DNA of 64,000 nucleotides, from NCBI GenBank assembly GCA_964410105.1, contig CAYPFY010000001.1, forward strand, positions 20,718-84,717. The letters are read 5' to 3'. The translations under genes were made by a program, and so were the position numbers. Shown here piece by piece: positions 41,578 to 51,765 of the stretch (positions are counted from its first letter, which is position 1; every line of letters starts with the position of its first letter). This DNA comes from an uncultured Chlorobiaceae bacterium (GTDB lineage Bacteria > Bacteroidota > Ignavibacteria > UBA10030 > SZUA-254). The notes under the pieces are model-generated. The model saw nothing but the letters and a program-made list of their open reading frames with translations. It made no database searches and was not told the DNA's origin.

Positions 41578-42735
41578 TCAGTATTCCACCTGCGTGACCC
41601 CCAGCGTCCTCCAGGAAAAGGCGGGATATGTATTCCGAACGACTTTTACCATCGAAATAAAATCTGCGGGAAGGAGTTTCTCGCGTCCTTCGATGCTTAC
41701 TCTCACGAGGTGCTCCGCCCTGTCGAATTCCGGGTCTGCCGCCACAATCTTTCCCCGTCTGAAAAGCGCGCTGAACCCTCCCGGAGCCATGTTCAGGAGG
41801 GTTTCGAGCGGACTTCCATCTGCCCTGTAGACCAGTAAATCTGCCGGTGCTCCCGGCTTGACTGTTCCTCTCTCCATGTCAAGCATCGCTGCCGGGATCG
41901 ATGTTACCATGGCAAACAGTTTTTCCGGGCTCAACCGTTTGAGTTTTCGGGCTTTCCTCATTTCTGATAACAAGGTTCCACCCGAGCTGATTGAGGAATC
42001 GGTTCCGAGAGCCACGCGGAGGTTGTCGATCGGGGAGATGCCGCCATAGAGGTAGGCACCTGAACCGGGACACCATATCAACCCTCGACCATTGGTCTTA
42101 AGCAGGTTTATATCATCCTGTGTCAACCCGAATCCGTGAACCACAATGGTCCGGTCGGTGAGGCCGCCAAGATCGCGAAGTTGCGTCATCTCGGTACTCG
42201 CCAGAGTGTCAGTCCCTTCGGCGAGGTGAATCATAACGGGTTTTTTTGATTTTTTCGAAAGCTTTTTCCTCAAATCCCGGTCAAGGGCGAGCGAATGGAT
42301 CCATTGAAATTCTTTGAATACTTCTACGGGATAATTCGCATAAAAATGACGGAAATAGGCGTCATGATGGACAACGGTGGTGACCCCTGAAAGGATATTC
42401 TTGTAGGCACCCCAGAGGAGGCGGGTCTTGAGGGGAACCGTTAAAACCTGGTCGATGACCTCGCGGCATCGGCTTCTGACATCATGTGTCCATTCAACAT
42501 AGTTAGTGTAAGGCGGTGAGCCCATTGCAGGAAAGAGATCGAACTGAAGGTGAGCATGAGCATTGATCAGGCCAGGAAGGACAACGAAGCCTTCGAGATT
42601 CATAGACCGGACCCCCCTGGGGGAAGAGATTTTTGGGGCGACTGACTCTATCCGCCCTCCCGTTACGTCGAGATCTCGGGTTACGAACGTCCCGTCTTCA
42701 TGGATCAGGGCGTTCCTGAGGATGAACCGGCTCAA
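41578..42735 (-). CDS. Amidohydrolase-family metal-dependent hydrolase. Its start overlaps the methyltransferase stop by 4 nt.
   Basis: GLINAHAHLQFDL metal-binding HxH motif. TIM-barrel amidohydrolase pattern. Confidence 0.75.
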   Translation of the reverse strand: MSRFILRNALIHEDGTFVTRDLDVTGGRIESVAPKISSPRGVRSMNLEGFVVLPGLINAHAHLQFDLFPAMGSPPYTNYVEWTHDVRSRCREVIDQVLTVPLKTRLLWGAYKNILSGVTTVVHHDAYFRHFYANYPVEVFKEFQWIHSLALDRDLRKKLSKKSKKPVMIHLAEGTDTLASTEMTQLRDLGGLTDRTIVVHGFGLTQDDINLLKTNGRGLIWCPGSGAYLYGGISPIDNLRVALGTDSSISSGGTLLSEMRKARKLKRLSPEKLFAMVTSIPAAMLDMERGTVKPGAPADLLVYRADGSPLETLLNMAPGGFSALFRRGKIVAADPEFDRAEHLVRVSIEGREKLLPADFISMVKVVRNTYPAFSWRTLGVTQVEY

Positions 42736-43424
42736 ATCTTCCGAAGGATAAATGTGAGGAGGAGAGGCGTGCCCATGCTCCGGCGGTATTCTTGCTTCTT
42801 TCCGAATGTCTCGAAGACGTGCTCCACGGCGGGTCCGATTGGGGGCTCGTCTGAAAACTCCACCATGAATCCGTTCCGGCTGAACGCGCTGCGGTATTCT
42901 TCCGGAGAGTGCCGATAATGTTGGATTTCCAGTGACTTTCCCGCTATCCCCGGGAGGGCAAAAGTCCGCTTCCAGTCGGAACGCTGCGGGTGGAGATCGG
43001 CTATAAAAACTCTACCGCCCTGCCTGAGGGTCCTCGACATCTCCAGGATTCCCTGGTCAAGCTGCGGGAGATAGCCGAGGACAAGCACGCAGATCCCTAG
43101 GTCGAACACCGATGTCCTGAAAGGCAGTGACTCGAGGCGGGCATTGATGAGAAGATCGTGTCGTTTGGTCCGGCGCGACGCGGCCTGTTTCAGCATCTTT
43201 GGCGAAATATCGACTCCCATCGAGAATTCTGCGCCGGAGCAGACATCGGCGTACCTGCCGGTCCCGCAGCCGAAATCGGCCACTGTTTTCCCCCGGAAAT
43301 CGAGGGACGCGATGTGAGGGGCAAGGAGCTCCCTTTCCATCAGCAGGAGGGGGTTGTCCGTCTCGTAGGACGGCGCCCAGAGATCATAAGCCGTGGCCGG
43401 GGGAAGGGAGTATTCCTGATTCAC
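42732..43424 (-). CDS. Class I SAM-dependent methyltransferase
   Basis: VADFGCGTGRYA motif I. Acidic motif II. Confidence 0.8.
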   Translation of the reverse strand: MNQEYSLPPATAYDLWAPSYETDNPLLLMERELLAPHIASLDFRGKTVADFGCGTGRYADVCSGAEFSMGVDISPKMLKQAASRRTKRHDLLINARLESLPFRTSVFDLGICVLVLGYLPQLDQGILEMSRTLRQGGRVFIADLHPQRSDWKRTFALPGIAGKSLEIQHYRHSPEEYRSAFSRNGFMVEFSDEPPIGPAVEHVFETFGKKQEYRRSMGTPLLLTFILRKI

Positions 43425-44845
43425 CAGCTTGTCCGGTTGAGTATTTTGTAGCGGACGAAGTTGATCACCTCTTTTTCGACCGGGATTCTGTAAAAATCAT
43501 TCTTCATCCGGGCACCGGCAAGGTATCGCAGAGGCCTCCGCCAGCCTCCGCGCTCAGTTGCGAGCTTCGCATAAAACTTGAAATTTTCGACGAACCTCCT
43601 CTCCCGGTCGTTCACCCAGTATCCCGCATACAGGATGAAATCGATATCGCTCCATTCCGAGAGGTTTGAGGGGACGCGGTACCCTTTCCGGACGATGTAG
43701 TCGAAGAGGTCGGTTCCGGGATAGGGCGTGAAAAAGAATATGTTGAACTCGAAGTCAGGATTGATCCGTTTGATCTCCTTGATGGCCTCGAGGGTTTTGA
43801 GGGTGTTCGAGAAATTCTCCTCGGGAAATCCGACGATGAAGCCGAACGCGGCGCCGATTCCGTGGCGGGCCAGCTTTTCGGCGGAGATGATCGATTCCTC
43901 GGCGAGCGTGTCCTTTTTCATCAGATCGAGCATCTCCTGTGACCCCGATTCGGCCCCTATCATGACCTTGCGGAGATTCGAGGCGGAGATCTCGCTCAGG
44001 AAACCGTCATCAAGGGGCGCGATCTGATCAGCTCTCGACGTGGCGGCCCAGCTGAACGTCAGTCCTTTCGCGTTGATGCCCTCGCAGAACTCCAGCACCC
44101 GGCGCCGGTTTGCAAAAAAATTCTCATCCTGAAAGAGCACATCGCTGAGCCGGTAGCGGGAGACCAGATCGAAAACATCGGAGAGCATGCGCGGGCTTTT
44201 GAGTCCCGACCATCGCCGGCTGTAGACGTAGGGGTCGGCGCAAAACGCACAGCGGTATGGGCATCCCTGAGATGAATAGAAGTCTATCTGACGCCTCCCC
44301 TTGAGCCTGAAATACGTCTCTAGCGGGATGAGGCTGTAATCATACCGGGGGAATTCATTGATGTCGATGAATTTCCGTTCCGCATTCTCTTGAAAGACCC
44401 CGTTCCGCAGGTAGGCGAGCCCGGCGATCTTCTCGTATCCGGTATTACTGTCAAAGCTTTCGAGGAGCTCCTTGAAGGTCGCCTCCCCCTGCCCGAAGAC
44501 GCAGTAGTCCGCAAAACCCTCCCGCATGCATTGCTCGGGGAATATCGAGGGATGCCAGCCCCCCCAGACGACGGGAACTTTGGGGGAAAAACTCTTCGCC
44601 ATTGCCGATACGGACACTGCGTCCCTGATGGGGGTCCCGGTGATCACCGAGACGCCAAGGCAGCAGGCGGAAGGGAGGAGCTCCTTCACCTTTGCGTGGG
44701 CCGCGGCGACGCTCTTCTCAATCCGGGCGTCGATGATAGCGACCTCATACGCCTCTCTGTCGATCACCGACGCCAGCGCAAGGTACTGCAGTGGCATCGT
44801 GTAATAGGGCGCCATCGGATTATAGAGTATGATCGTCTTTTTCAT
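43421..44845 (-). CDS. Cobalamin-binding (class B) radical SAM enzyme
   Basis: N-terminal B12-binding Rossmann region. CPYRCAFCADP CxxxCxxC motif. 474 aa. Confidence 0.85.
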   Translation of the reverse strand: MKKTIILYNPMAPYYTMPLQYLALASVIDREAYEVAIIDARIEKSVAAAHAKVKELLPSACCLGVSVITGTPIRDAVSVSAMAKSFSPKVPVVWGGWHPSIFPEQCMREGFADYCVFGQGEATFKELLESFDSNTGYEKIAGLAYLRNGVFQENAERKFIDINEFPRYDYSLIPLETYFRLKGRRQIDFYSSQGCPYRCAFCADPYVYSRRWSGLKSPRMLSDVFDLVSRYRLSDVLFQDENFFANRRRVLEFCEGINAKGLTFSWAATSRADQIAPLDDGFLSEISASNLRKVMIGAESGSQEMLDLMKKDTLAEESIISAEKLARHGIGAAFGFIVGFPEENFSNTLKTLEAIKEIKRINPDFEFNIFFFTPYPGTDLFDYIVRKGYRVPSNLSEWSDIDFILYAGYWVNDRERRFVENFKFYAKLATERGGWRRPLRYLAGARMKNDFYRIPVEKEVINFVRYKILNRTSW

Positions 44846-46326
44846 GCGGGGTATTGCTCCGCCCCTTCGATCTGGGGCTGGCGGTACTTGAATATTTTAT
44901 AGAGAACAAGACGGATCTCGTACGGGCTGAAATACATTTGGAGCCTGTATCGCCACCCGCCCAGGAATTTCAGTATCCTGCGCCTCCACGGGGTAATTTT
45001 AACATCGGCCACGCTCGGAGCGTACGCGCTCAGGACGATCTCAAAGTTCCGGATCTTACGGCGGTGCCTCGGCTTCAGCCATGGTGTAAAGGAGGATTTG
45101 CGCGCTCCGTTGTCTTCCCATCGCGGATCGGCCCAGTCTTCAAGTTTTTGCGGAAATTCGAACCCGAATCTCCTGGCCTCTTCGTAAATCTTCGCTCCGG
45201 GCAGCAACACCGGGGAGTAGGTGTGAAAGACGATTTCGCTCTCCGGATTGATCTGCTTGATCGACCTGATGAAGCCAATATCCTCGTCGATTTTTTGGCC
45301 GATGTTGTCCCCCGGATTCCCGAGGATGAAGGAGAGTTCCGGGATGATGGAATAGTCCTTCATGCGGCGGGCGAAACTCCGGATCGAGTCTCCGGACTGG
45401 GTTCCCCCCTTGTTCATCAGGTTCAAAACCTCGTCGGAACCGGTCTCGGCTCCCGAGAAAATCATGCGGCACCCCGCCTCGTGCATCGCGCCGAGAGTCG
45501 CATCCGAGTATTTCAAGAGCGTATCGATTCTTCCTTCCGCCCACCAGGACATTTTCATCGATTTCAGACGATCGCAGATCTCCGCCGTGCGCTTCTCAGA
45601 GACAAAAAAATTGTCGTCGAAGAATTCAATCGAATCGACCCCATAATCATTCCTGAGCCGGAGCAGTTCGCCGATAAGCCGTTCGGGGCTCTGGGCGAGC
45701 CATTTCCCGCCGAACATTGGGACGACGCTGCAAAAGCCGCAGAAGAAGGGACAGCCGAGGCTCGACACGTATCCGGTCGTCCGCTCACCGAGGTAGGTTC
45801 GCTGCAGATAGCGCTTCATCGGCACGCTCCGGTAGGGGAGGGGCGGCAGTGCGTCGGGATGCACCCATTCCCGCGCTTCGTTCTTCACAGGACCGTGGCG
45901 AGATTTCCATGAAATGCCTTTGACCTTTCGCGGCGCTCCTCCGCCTTCTAAGACCCCGATGAGTTCGGGCAGGGCGCATTCCCCCTGGGACCAGACGACG
46001 AAATCGACCAGCGGGGATTCGATCACTGTCTCCAGGTACACGGATGGGAAACTCCCGCCCCAGATGATTTTTATTTCCGGAAACTTCTTGCGCAGGAATC
46101 GTGATATTTTTATTGCATTCGTGAGCTGAGGTCCGGGCATCACCGTCAATCCCGCATAGCGTATGCCGTGCAGCTCGACGAGCGCCGGGAGCGTGCGGAA
46201 ATCGTCCAGATTCTCATCAAAGATTCTATAGGGAATTCTTCCCTCCAGACCCGAAGCCACCGAAAGGAGAGAGAGAGGCGCACGATGGTTGTTCCGTGCG
46301 CTCCGTGGATTGATGAGCAGGATCAT
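44842..46326 (-). CDS. Cobalamin-binding (class B) radical SAM enzyme, paralogue of the preceding gene
   Basis: CPFFCGFCSV motif. B12-binding N-terminal domain. 494 aa. Confidence 0.85.
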   Translation of the reverse strand: MILLINPRSARNNHRAPLSLLSVASGLEGRIPYRIFDENLDDFRTLPALVELHGIRYAGLTVMPGPQLTNAIKISRFLRKKFPEIKIIWGGSFPSVYLETVIESPLVDFVVWSQGECALPELIGVLEGGGAPRKVKGISWKSRHGPVKNEAREWVHPDALPPLPYRSVPMKRYLQRTYLGERTTGYVSSLGCPFFCGFCSVVPMFGGKWLAQSPERLIGELLRLRNDYGVDSIEFFDDNFFVSEKRTAEICDRLKSMKMSWWAEGRIDTLLKYSDATLGAMHEAGCRMIFSGAETGSDEVLNLMNKGGTQSGDSIRSFARRMKDYSIIPELSFILGNPGDNIGQKIDEDIGFIRSIKQINPESEIVFHTYSPVLLPGAKIYEEARRFGFEFPQKLEDWADPRWEDNGARKSSFTPWLKPRHRRKIRNFEIVLSAYAPSVADVKITPWRRRILKFLGGWRYRLQMYFSPYEIRLVLYKIFKYRQPQIEGAEQYPA

Positions 46327-46356
46327 GATTGAAAGTACTGAAATTTCACCTGCTGA

Positions 46357-47448
46357 TCAAAACCCAAACTCCCTTTCCGGAGCTTTTTCCCAAAACGTTC
46401 TGAAAAATACCATCCCGATCAGTGTATAGGGGGCGATATAGAAGCGATTCGCCGCGGCAGGGAAGAGCAGGAAGTGCAGAATAACGGTGCTCAGAGCGAT
46501 GCTCCCCAGCCGTAGCCCGGCCGATCTTCCCCAACCGGCCGCGGTCCCGCCCAGCAACCCCAGGATCAGGAATAGCAGAAGCGAACTCTCGTTGACAAGA
46601 GCTCCCCACAGGCCCCTGCCCAAGGCGTAACAATAGTTTTTCAGAAAAATCGCCGGACTCGCAACGGCGTCGATCCCAGGAAGCGGCAGAACGGTTTTCA
46701 AGCTAAGTGTACCGAAAAAATAGGTTATGGCGAGGTAGACAGCCGTTCCCGTTCCGAGCAGGAAGAAGTATTCCGCGCGTGAAATCGAGAAACCCCGCGT
46801 GATGAAGCAGGCATATGTTGACCAGATGGCAAGCAGAAGGAGGTTATCCGGCCGGGTGAGAAGCGAAACAAGGAGAAGTGCCCGCGATGCTTTGGAGAAC
46901 CCTTTCACGAGAAGGTAGAAGGCCGCAAGGACGATCGCCGCAGAGAGTGCGTCCGGAGTCGACAATCGGGCACCCTCGAAAACCCCGGCCGCGACCAGTG
47001 TGAGGCACCCCGCGACACTTCCGGCAGGTCCCTGCCGGGCAACCCACGCGCCCACAAGGAGGATGATGACCGCAGCGGAGACGATCGATATGGCGCGCGT
47101 TGCTTCGACTGCGGAAATCCCCAGTTTGCCGAGACCGTAGATGACGGCAACATAGAGAGGCCGGATCCTGTAGAGGGGTATCTGACCGATGAAGAACATC
47201 GGGTTCGAGGCTGTCTCTCTCCGGTAGGGGTTTTCTGCCGATACCAGCAAGCGATAGTTCGAGTCCGGAATCTCTTTCCTGACCGTCTCGTAAGATTTTG
47301 CATGGAGAGCCGCGGGATCGTGCTCTTCGACCGAGTAAGAGGCCGCGGTGTACGCGAGAAGATCCCAGTTATAGTACGGATTCTTCCAGGCGTACATGAG
47401 CATTGCGAGGGTGAAAAGAAAATAAGCGGCTGTCGAAATCCTTTGCAT
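46357..47448 (-). CDS. Polytopic integral membrane protein of unknown function (about 10 TM helices)
   Basis: Hydrophobic profile. Located between the radical SAM and GT genes. No motif recognised. Confidence 0.6.
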   Translation of the reverse strand: MQRISTAAYFLFTLAMLMYAWKNPYYNWDLLAYTAASYSVEEHDPAALHAKSYETVRKEIPDSNYRLLVSAENPYRRETASNPMFFIGQIPLYRIRPLYVAVIYGLGKLGISAVEATRAISIVSAAVIILLVGAWVARQGPAGSVAGCLTLVAAGVFEGARLSTPDALSAAIVLAAFYLLVKGFSKASRALLLVSLLTRPDNLLLLAIWSTYACFITRGFSISRAEYFFLLGTGTAVYLAITYFFGTLSLKTVLPLPGIDAVASPAIFLKNYCYALGRGLWGALVNESSLLLFLILGLLGGTAAGWGRSAGLRLGSIALSTVILHFLLFPAAANRFYIAPYTLIGMVFFRTFWEKAPEREFGF

Positions 47449-47538
47449 GGAAAGCGATTTTCTTCTCAGGAAGGCCCCGCCCGATCCGCCTCATGAAACG
47501 ATGAATGCGATCCCGGGCGGGTGCGCTCCCGATTGAGC

Positions 47539-48759
47539 CTATCCCCGTACCAGCGTAATCTTTGTTATCTCGGGAGGACAGTTGATCCGGATCGGCACGC
47601 CCACCGTTCCGATCCCTCTTGAAACGTACATGAGAGAGGACCCGATCGAGTATTTTCCCGCCACGTACGGGGAGGCGACGCGGGCGGGAGCAATGATTCC
47701 CCCTCCGATGCGGGCGAACACGATCTGCCCTCCGTGCGTGTGACCGGAGAGCGTAAGATCGATATGCCTGCTGGCCGCCTCCTCGAAAAAGTAGGGTCGG
47801 TGGCAGAGAAGCAGGTTCGGACCCTTGGCAGTTTTTCCGACGACACCGTCGAAGAGGCGGGCCGCCCGGTCCGAATTGCCGACGTCGTTCACCCCCAGGA
47901 TATTCAAGAAATCCTCGCCCCGTTTAAGCGTAGCCGCGTCATTCCGCAAGAGCCTGATGCCGCACGCATTGACCTCCCTGGCAACCGATTCCACGTCCCG
48001 CGTGTAGTAGTCGTGATTCCCCAGCACTCCGAACACGCCATCCGGCGCCGCCAGCACCCCGAAGGCCCTGGCAAACGGATAAACCTCGTCGACCATGCTG
48101 TTGACAAAATCCCCGGTCACTGCGATGACATCGGCATGGAGACGGTTGACTTCGTCGGCGTATTCGCGCATCCTCTCCTCCGGCATGAACACGCTCGAAT
48201 GGATGTCGCTGATGAGGGCAATGGTGAAGCCGTCAAATTTTTCGCCCAGATTCTTTACCGGCAGCGTGATGGATGAAATCTCCCCCTGATCCCGATGCCA
48301 CGTGCCGTAAGCCGAGCCGCTGAAGGCGGCGCCCGCGATCGCAATCGCGCCCCGGCGAAGGAAAAGGCGGCGGCGGGCGTCGTAGGCGCGGATGCGCTCG
48401 CGGGACGATTCGACCCACCGGCTGCCCCGACCCATCCGGCCGACGATCCATCCCGCCGTGACGAATGGCAGTGTGACGACTTTTCCCGCCATCAGCAGGA
48501 GAAACAGGAGTGCGAAAGAAAAGTGCCAGATATAAAGGGGTATGATCCAGACGCCGATCGCCCATCGGGGGAGCGATTGCAAGGGGATGAGGAGGAGAAC
48601 TCCGAGGGAAAGGTTGAATACCCCGAATGCGATGGCTCCGAGGAGCCGGATTGAGTTACGGTGGGTTGTCCGGGTGATGGCGCGGTAGAAGTAAAGCTGC
48701 ATGCCGACGAGGAGAAGCATAACGGAGATCTGGAAGAGGAGAAATCGGGTCGACATCAC
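47539..48759 (-). CDS. Membrane-anchored calcineurin-like metallophosphoesterase
   Basis: Four N-terminal TM helices, then GDFVN ... GNHDYYT ... GHTHGGQ phosphoesterase motifs. Confidence 0.8.
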   Translation of the reverse strand: MMSTRFLLFQISVMLLLVGMQLYFYRAITRTTHRNSIRLLGAIAFGVFNLSLGVLLLIPLQSLPRWAIGVWIIPLYIWHFSFALLFLLLMAGKVVTLPFVTAGWIVGRMGRGSRWVESSRERIRAYDARRRLFLRRGAIAIAGAAFSGSAYGTWHRDQGEISSITLPVKNLGEKFDGFTIALISDIHSSVFMPEERMREYADEVNRLHADVIAVTGDFVNSMVDEVYPFARAFGVLAAPDGVFGVLGNHDYYTRDVESVAREVNACGIRLLRNDAATLKRGEDFLNILGVNDVGNSDRAARLFDGVVGKTAKGPNLLLCHRPYFFEEAASRHIDLTLSGHTHGGQIVFARIGGGIIAPARVASPYVAGKYSIGSSLMYVSRGIGTVGVPIRINCPPEITKITLVRG

Positions 48760-49892
48760 GCGTTAGCGGTCGTGGAGAGCCCGAGAACCCTATTGTAGAG
48801 CATTCGGAACTGATGAGCGGTCCAGTCTGCGTCGTGCGCGCAGACCCACCCGTACGCATTACGGCGGAGGCGTGCGGCTTCCTCCGGCTGAGCCAGGATT
48901 TTCAATATTTTCCCGGCCAGCGCCGTGTACTCTCCGGGAGAGACCGAAACGGACGCGTCGGGCCCGAGATCCGAGATGAGGCCGACTTCAGTGCCGCAAA
49001 TGAGCACCCGGCTTGCCGCCGCTTCTGCGACCGCCACTCCCTCTGCTTCGTAGAGAGATGTGTGCAGGAGGGCGTCAGCCCACGAATAATGCTGCGGCAG
49101 CTCGGAGTGAGGAACATAGCCGAGGAACTCCAGCTCATTCCCGAGCCCCAGACTCCGGGCAAGTATTTTCAGCTCCTCGTCGAGCGGACCTCCGCCGATC
49201 ATACGCAACCGCGCGGGAGTCTTCCGCCTCACGAGGTCAAATGCCTTCAGCAGAGTCCCCTGATCTTTTACCCTGTTGGAGAATCCGACATGGAGGAATT
49301 TTACAGCCGAAGCCTCTCGATTGCGGCCATTCGCAAAAAAATCCCTTTCGGCCCCATGCGGGATTACCGCGGAATCCCTTGATACCCCGAATCGCCGGAG
49401 CTCCCTCTGCTGGAAGTTCGTGAGGGTTGTGAGCGCCGTGGCCTTCCGGCATGCCCAGAGCGTCAGAGATTTCAAAGGCTGCTTGCGCATGTCCCCGTAG
49501 TCACAGTGAGGCAAATCGGCTGCCTCCCCTCCCTGGAGGCTCACAATAGCCGGAATGCCGCACAGTTTCCCGAGGACGACCGCGGTCCAGCCGCAGGGAA
49601 ATGCCCAGAAGGCGTGAATGAGATCGAATTTTTTCTGACGATGATCCTCAAAGAATGACCGCATGTATTGCACAATCTTTTTCGGGGCCCTGTCTCCAAA
49701 CTCCGCCCGGATGTAGCGTACCCGCGCTTCGCCGCAGTGAAAGGGCTCACTGTCAAGGTCGGGCTTGACGAAGGAATAGACGGACACCTCAGCCTGCAGC
49801 GAAAGGCGACGGACGAGGCTGACAACTGCGGGGAGGTGCATTCCGGTCGGTCTCCCTATCCCTCCCGGAAGCAGCATGGCCACGCGAGTCAC
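48756..49892 (-). CDS. Family 4 glycosyltransferase (GT-B, group 1)
   Basis: C-terminal EGVAVAEAAASRVLICGTEVG motif region. 4-nt overlap with the upstream GT. Confidence 0.8.
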   Translation of the reverse strand: MTRVAMLLPGGIGRPTGMHLPAVVSLVRRLSLQAEVSVYSFVKPDLDSEPFHCGEARVRYIRAEFGDRAPKKIVQYMRSFFEDHRQKKFDLIHAFWAFPCGWTAVVLGKLCGIPAIVSLQGGEAADLPHCDYGDMRKQPLKSLTLWACRKATALTTLTNFQQRELRRFGVSRDSAVIPHGAERDFFANGRNREASAVKFLHVGFSNRVKDQGTLLKAFDLVRRKTPARLRMIGGGPLDEELKILARSLGLGNELEFLGYVPHSELPQHYSWADALLHTSLYEAEGVAVAEAAASRVLICGTEVGLISDLGPDASVSVSPGEYTALAGKILKILAQPEEAARLRRNAYGWVCAHDADWTAHQFRMLYNRVLGLSTTANA

Positions 49893-50983
49893 ATCCGCCT
49901 CCCGCCCTGGGCCTGGCGGTAAACTTCGGATGCCGCAGAGGCCACCGCCTCGAAGCTCAGGTTTTTATCGAAGTGAGCCCTTATCGCCGAGCGGGAGACC
50001 GGGATTTTCAGAGCCCTGGCTATGGCTTCGCAGCATGAAACAGCGTTTTTCGCAGCCCAGCGCGGTCCGCAATCCTGCACGATCCGTCTGAAGGGCGGGA
50101 TATCGGTGACAACCGGCATGGCTCCGCATGCGATCGATTCTATAAGAGCGTACCCGCTTCCCTCGTGCGAGCTTCCCAGGACAAAATAATCGGCGGCGCT
50201 GTACCACATGCGAAGGCGTTCACGGCTGAGAGATCCCAGAAAATGGATTCTGTCGCTGAGCTCATGAGAGCGGGCGAATCCGCGCAGGACATCGAGGTTT
50301 TCTCCAGAACTGTAGGCCATGTAAAGGTGCGAATCGGGCACCGATCTCAGAGCGAGGGCAAAACCCTCGAGAACAGTGAGCGGGTCTTTATTCTCATTGA
50401 GATGGCCGACCCAGAGAAAAACCTTTCTGCTGCCGAGATCCAGGGTCTTCCTGCATTCCGGATAAGGGAGGGGCTCCATGCGTGTGGAATTTTCCAGAAC
50501 TTCGTGCACCGGACGCTCGCCGATGAGGCTCATCCAGGGCTCTGCCTGCTCCCGGCTTGTGAACATGAACGCATCCACGTGGGAAAAGCCGCGGCGGTAG
50601 AGCCACCGCGATTTTCGCGGAAAACCGCCGCCGTGGTGCTGCCACAGAATTGCTGCGCCAGGGGGGAGGAGACGGCGGAGATGTCCGAAAAAAATCGGAA
50701 TTCCCCCCGCATGCACATAACTGGGGGAAATGCCGGCCGCGAATTTCAGCGCACGGCTCCCCGCGTGCCAAACGAGGGGAGAGAAGCCGTCCCGCAGGAA
50801 ATGGTATTCGACTCCGCGCCGGATGAAATGCGCATCCTGCCGGAAGCGCTGCACGGCGCTGACGCGGGCGAACGGGGTCATCGCCTCGCACCAGTCGCTG
50901 AGGCTCGGATATCTTTCAAGCAAATCTTCCGGGTCGGTCGCGTCGGCCTCGTACCGGGAATTGAGATAGACGAGATGCGGCAC
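49889..50983 (-). CDS. Family 4 glycosyltransferase (GT-B, group 1)
   Basis: EGSGYALIESIACGAMPVVTD (E-x7-E motif). Confidence 0.8.
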   Translation of the reverse strand: MPHLVYLNSRYEADATDPEDLLERYPSLSDWCEAMTPFARVSAVQRFRQDAHFIRRGVEYHFLRDGFSPLVWHAGSRALKFAAGISPSYVHAGGIPIFFGHLRRLLPPGAAILWQHHGGGFPRKSRWLYRRGFSHVDAFMFTSREQAEPWMSLIGERPVHEVLENSTRMEPLPYPECRKTLDLGSRKVFLWVGHLNENKDPLTVLEGFALALRSVPDSHLYMAYSSGENLDVLRGFARSHELSDRIHFLGSLSRERLRMWYSAADYFVLGSSHEGSGYALIESIACGAMPVVTDIPPFRRIVQDCGPRWAAKNAVSCCEAIARALKIPVSRSAIRAHFDKNLSFEAVASAASEVYRQAQGGRRM

Positions 50984-51765
50984 TATCTTTCCCGGCGGCG
51001 GGCTTCGATGAGAATGTGATCTCCGAGCAGCCTCCAGGGAGGAACGGAGCGGATTTTTTCTTCGAACTGGAGCAGGCGTTCGGTGACGCCAGGATGTGTG
51101 CTTATGAATGAGTTCGATCCCGGCGGGGGGGAGACGATGCTCAGCCCGTAGGCGGCGCGGAGCTGAAAATCGCGTTCGATCATCCGGCAGACTTCGGTGA
51201 GCGAGTAGTACTTCACCTGAACTTCACCCTCCCGGAGCCGGACCGGAACGGCCTCGTTCCGCCACCGGCGGAAGGGAGACTTGCCCCGCAACAGAAAGCT
51301 CGCCATCTCCCAGAGACTGTATTTGTTCAGGAGGCAGATCACCATCGAGGCTCCGGGCCTCAGCACGGAGTGAATTGTCGTGAAAACATGGCTCAGATCG
51401 GACGAGCAATTAAGGGCCCCGAAGTTCGAGAGGACGCCGTTGAATGTTTTGTCAAGATTCTCGAGCGATTCGTAGGTGAGCTCGCGAAGCTCGATCATGT
51501 GGCCGAGGTCGAGAAGAGAGATTTTTTCGCCTGCCCTCTGGATCATCCGCGCCGAGGAATCGATCGCCGTCACACGTATGCCGCGCTGGGCAAGCATGAT
51601 GGCATCGGTGGCGGTGCCGCAGCCGAGATCCAGGACCTGGTCGCCCGCCTGAAAGTTTCTCTGCGCCGCGCTCCAGACGACGGAGCGGATCCTGCGCGCG
51701 ATTTCTCTTCCCTCGAATGCCTCATCGTAGGCGACGGCTTCGCCGTCGAATGCATCAGTTTTCAT
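50983..51765 (-). CDS. Class I SAM-dependent methyltransferase
   Basis: VLDLGCGTATDAI motif I. Confidence 0.8.
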   Translation of the reverse strand: MKTDAFDGEAVAYDEAFEGREIARRIRSVVWSAAQRNFQAGDQVLDLGCGTATDAIMLAQRGIRVTAIDSSARMIQRAGEKISLLDLGHMIELRELTYESLENLDKTFNGVLSNFGALNCSSDLSHVFTTIHSVLRPGASMVICLLNKYSLWEMASFLLRGKSPFRRWRNEAVPVRLREGEVQVKYYSLTEVCRMIERDFQLRAAYGLSIVSPPPGSNSFISTHPGVTERLLQFEEKIRSVPPWRLLGDHILIEARRRER

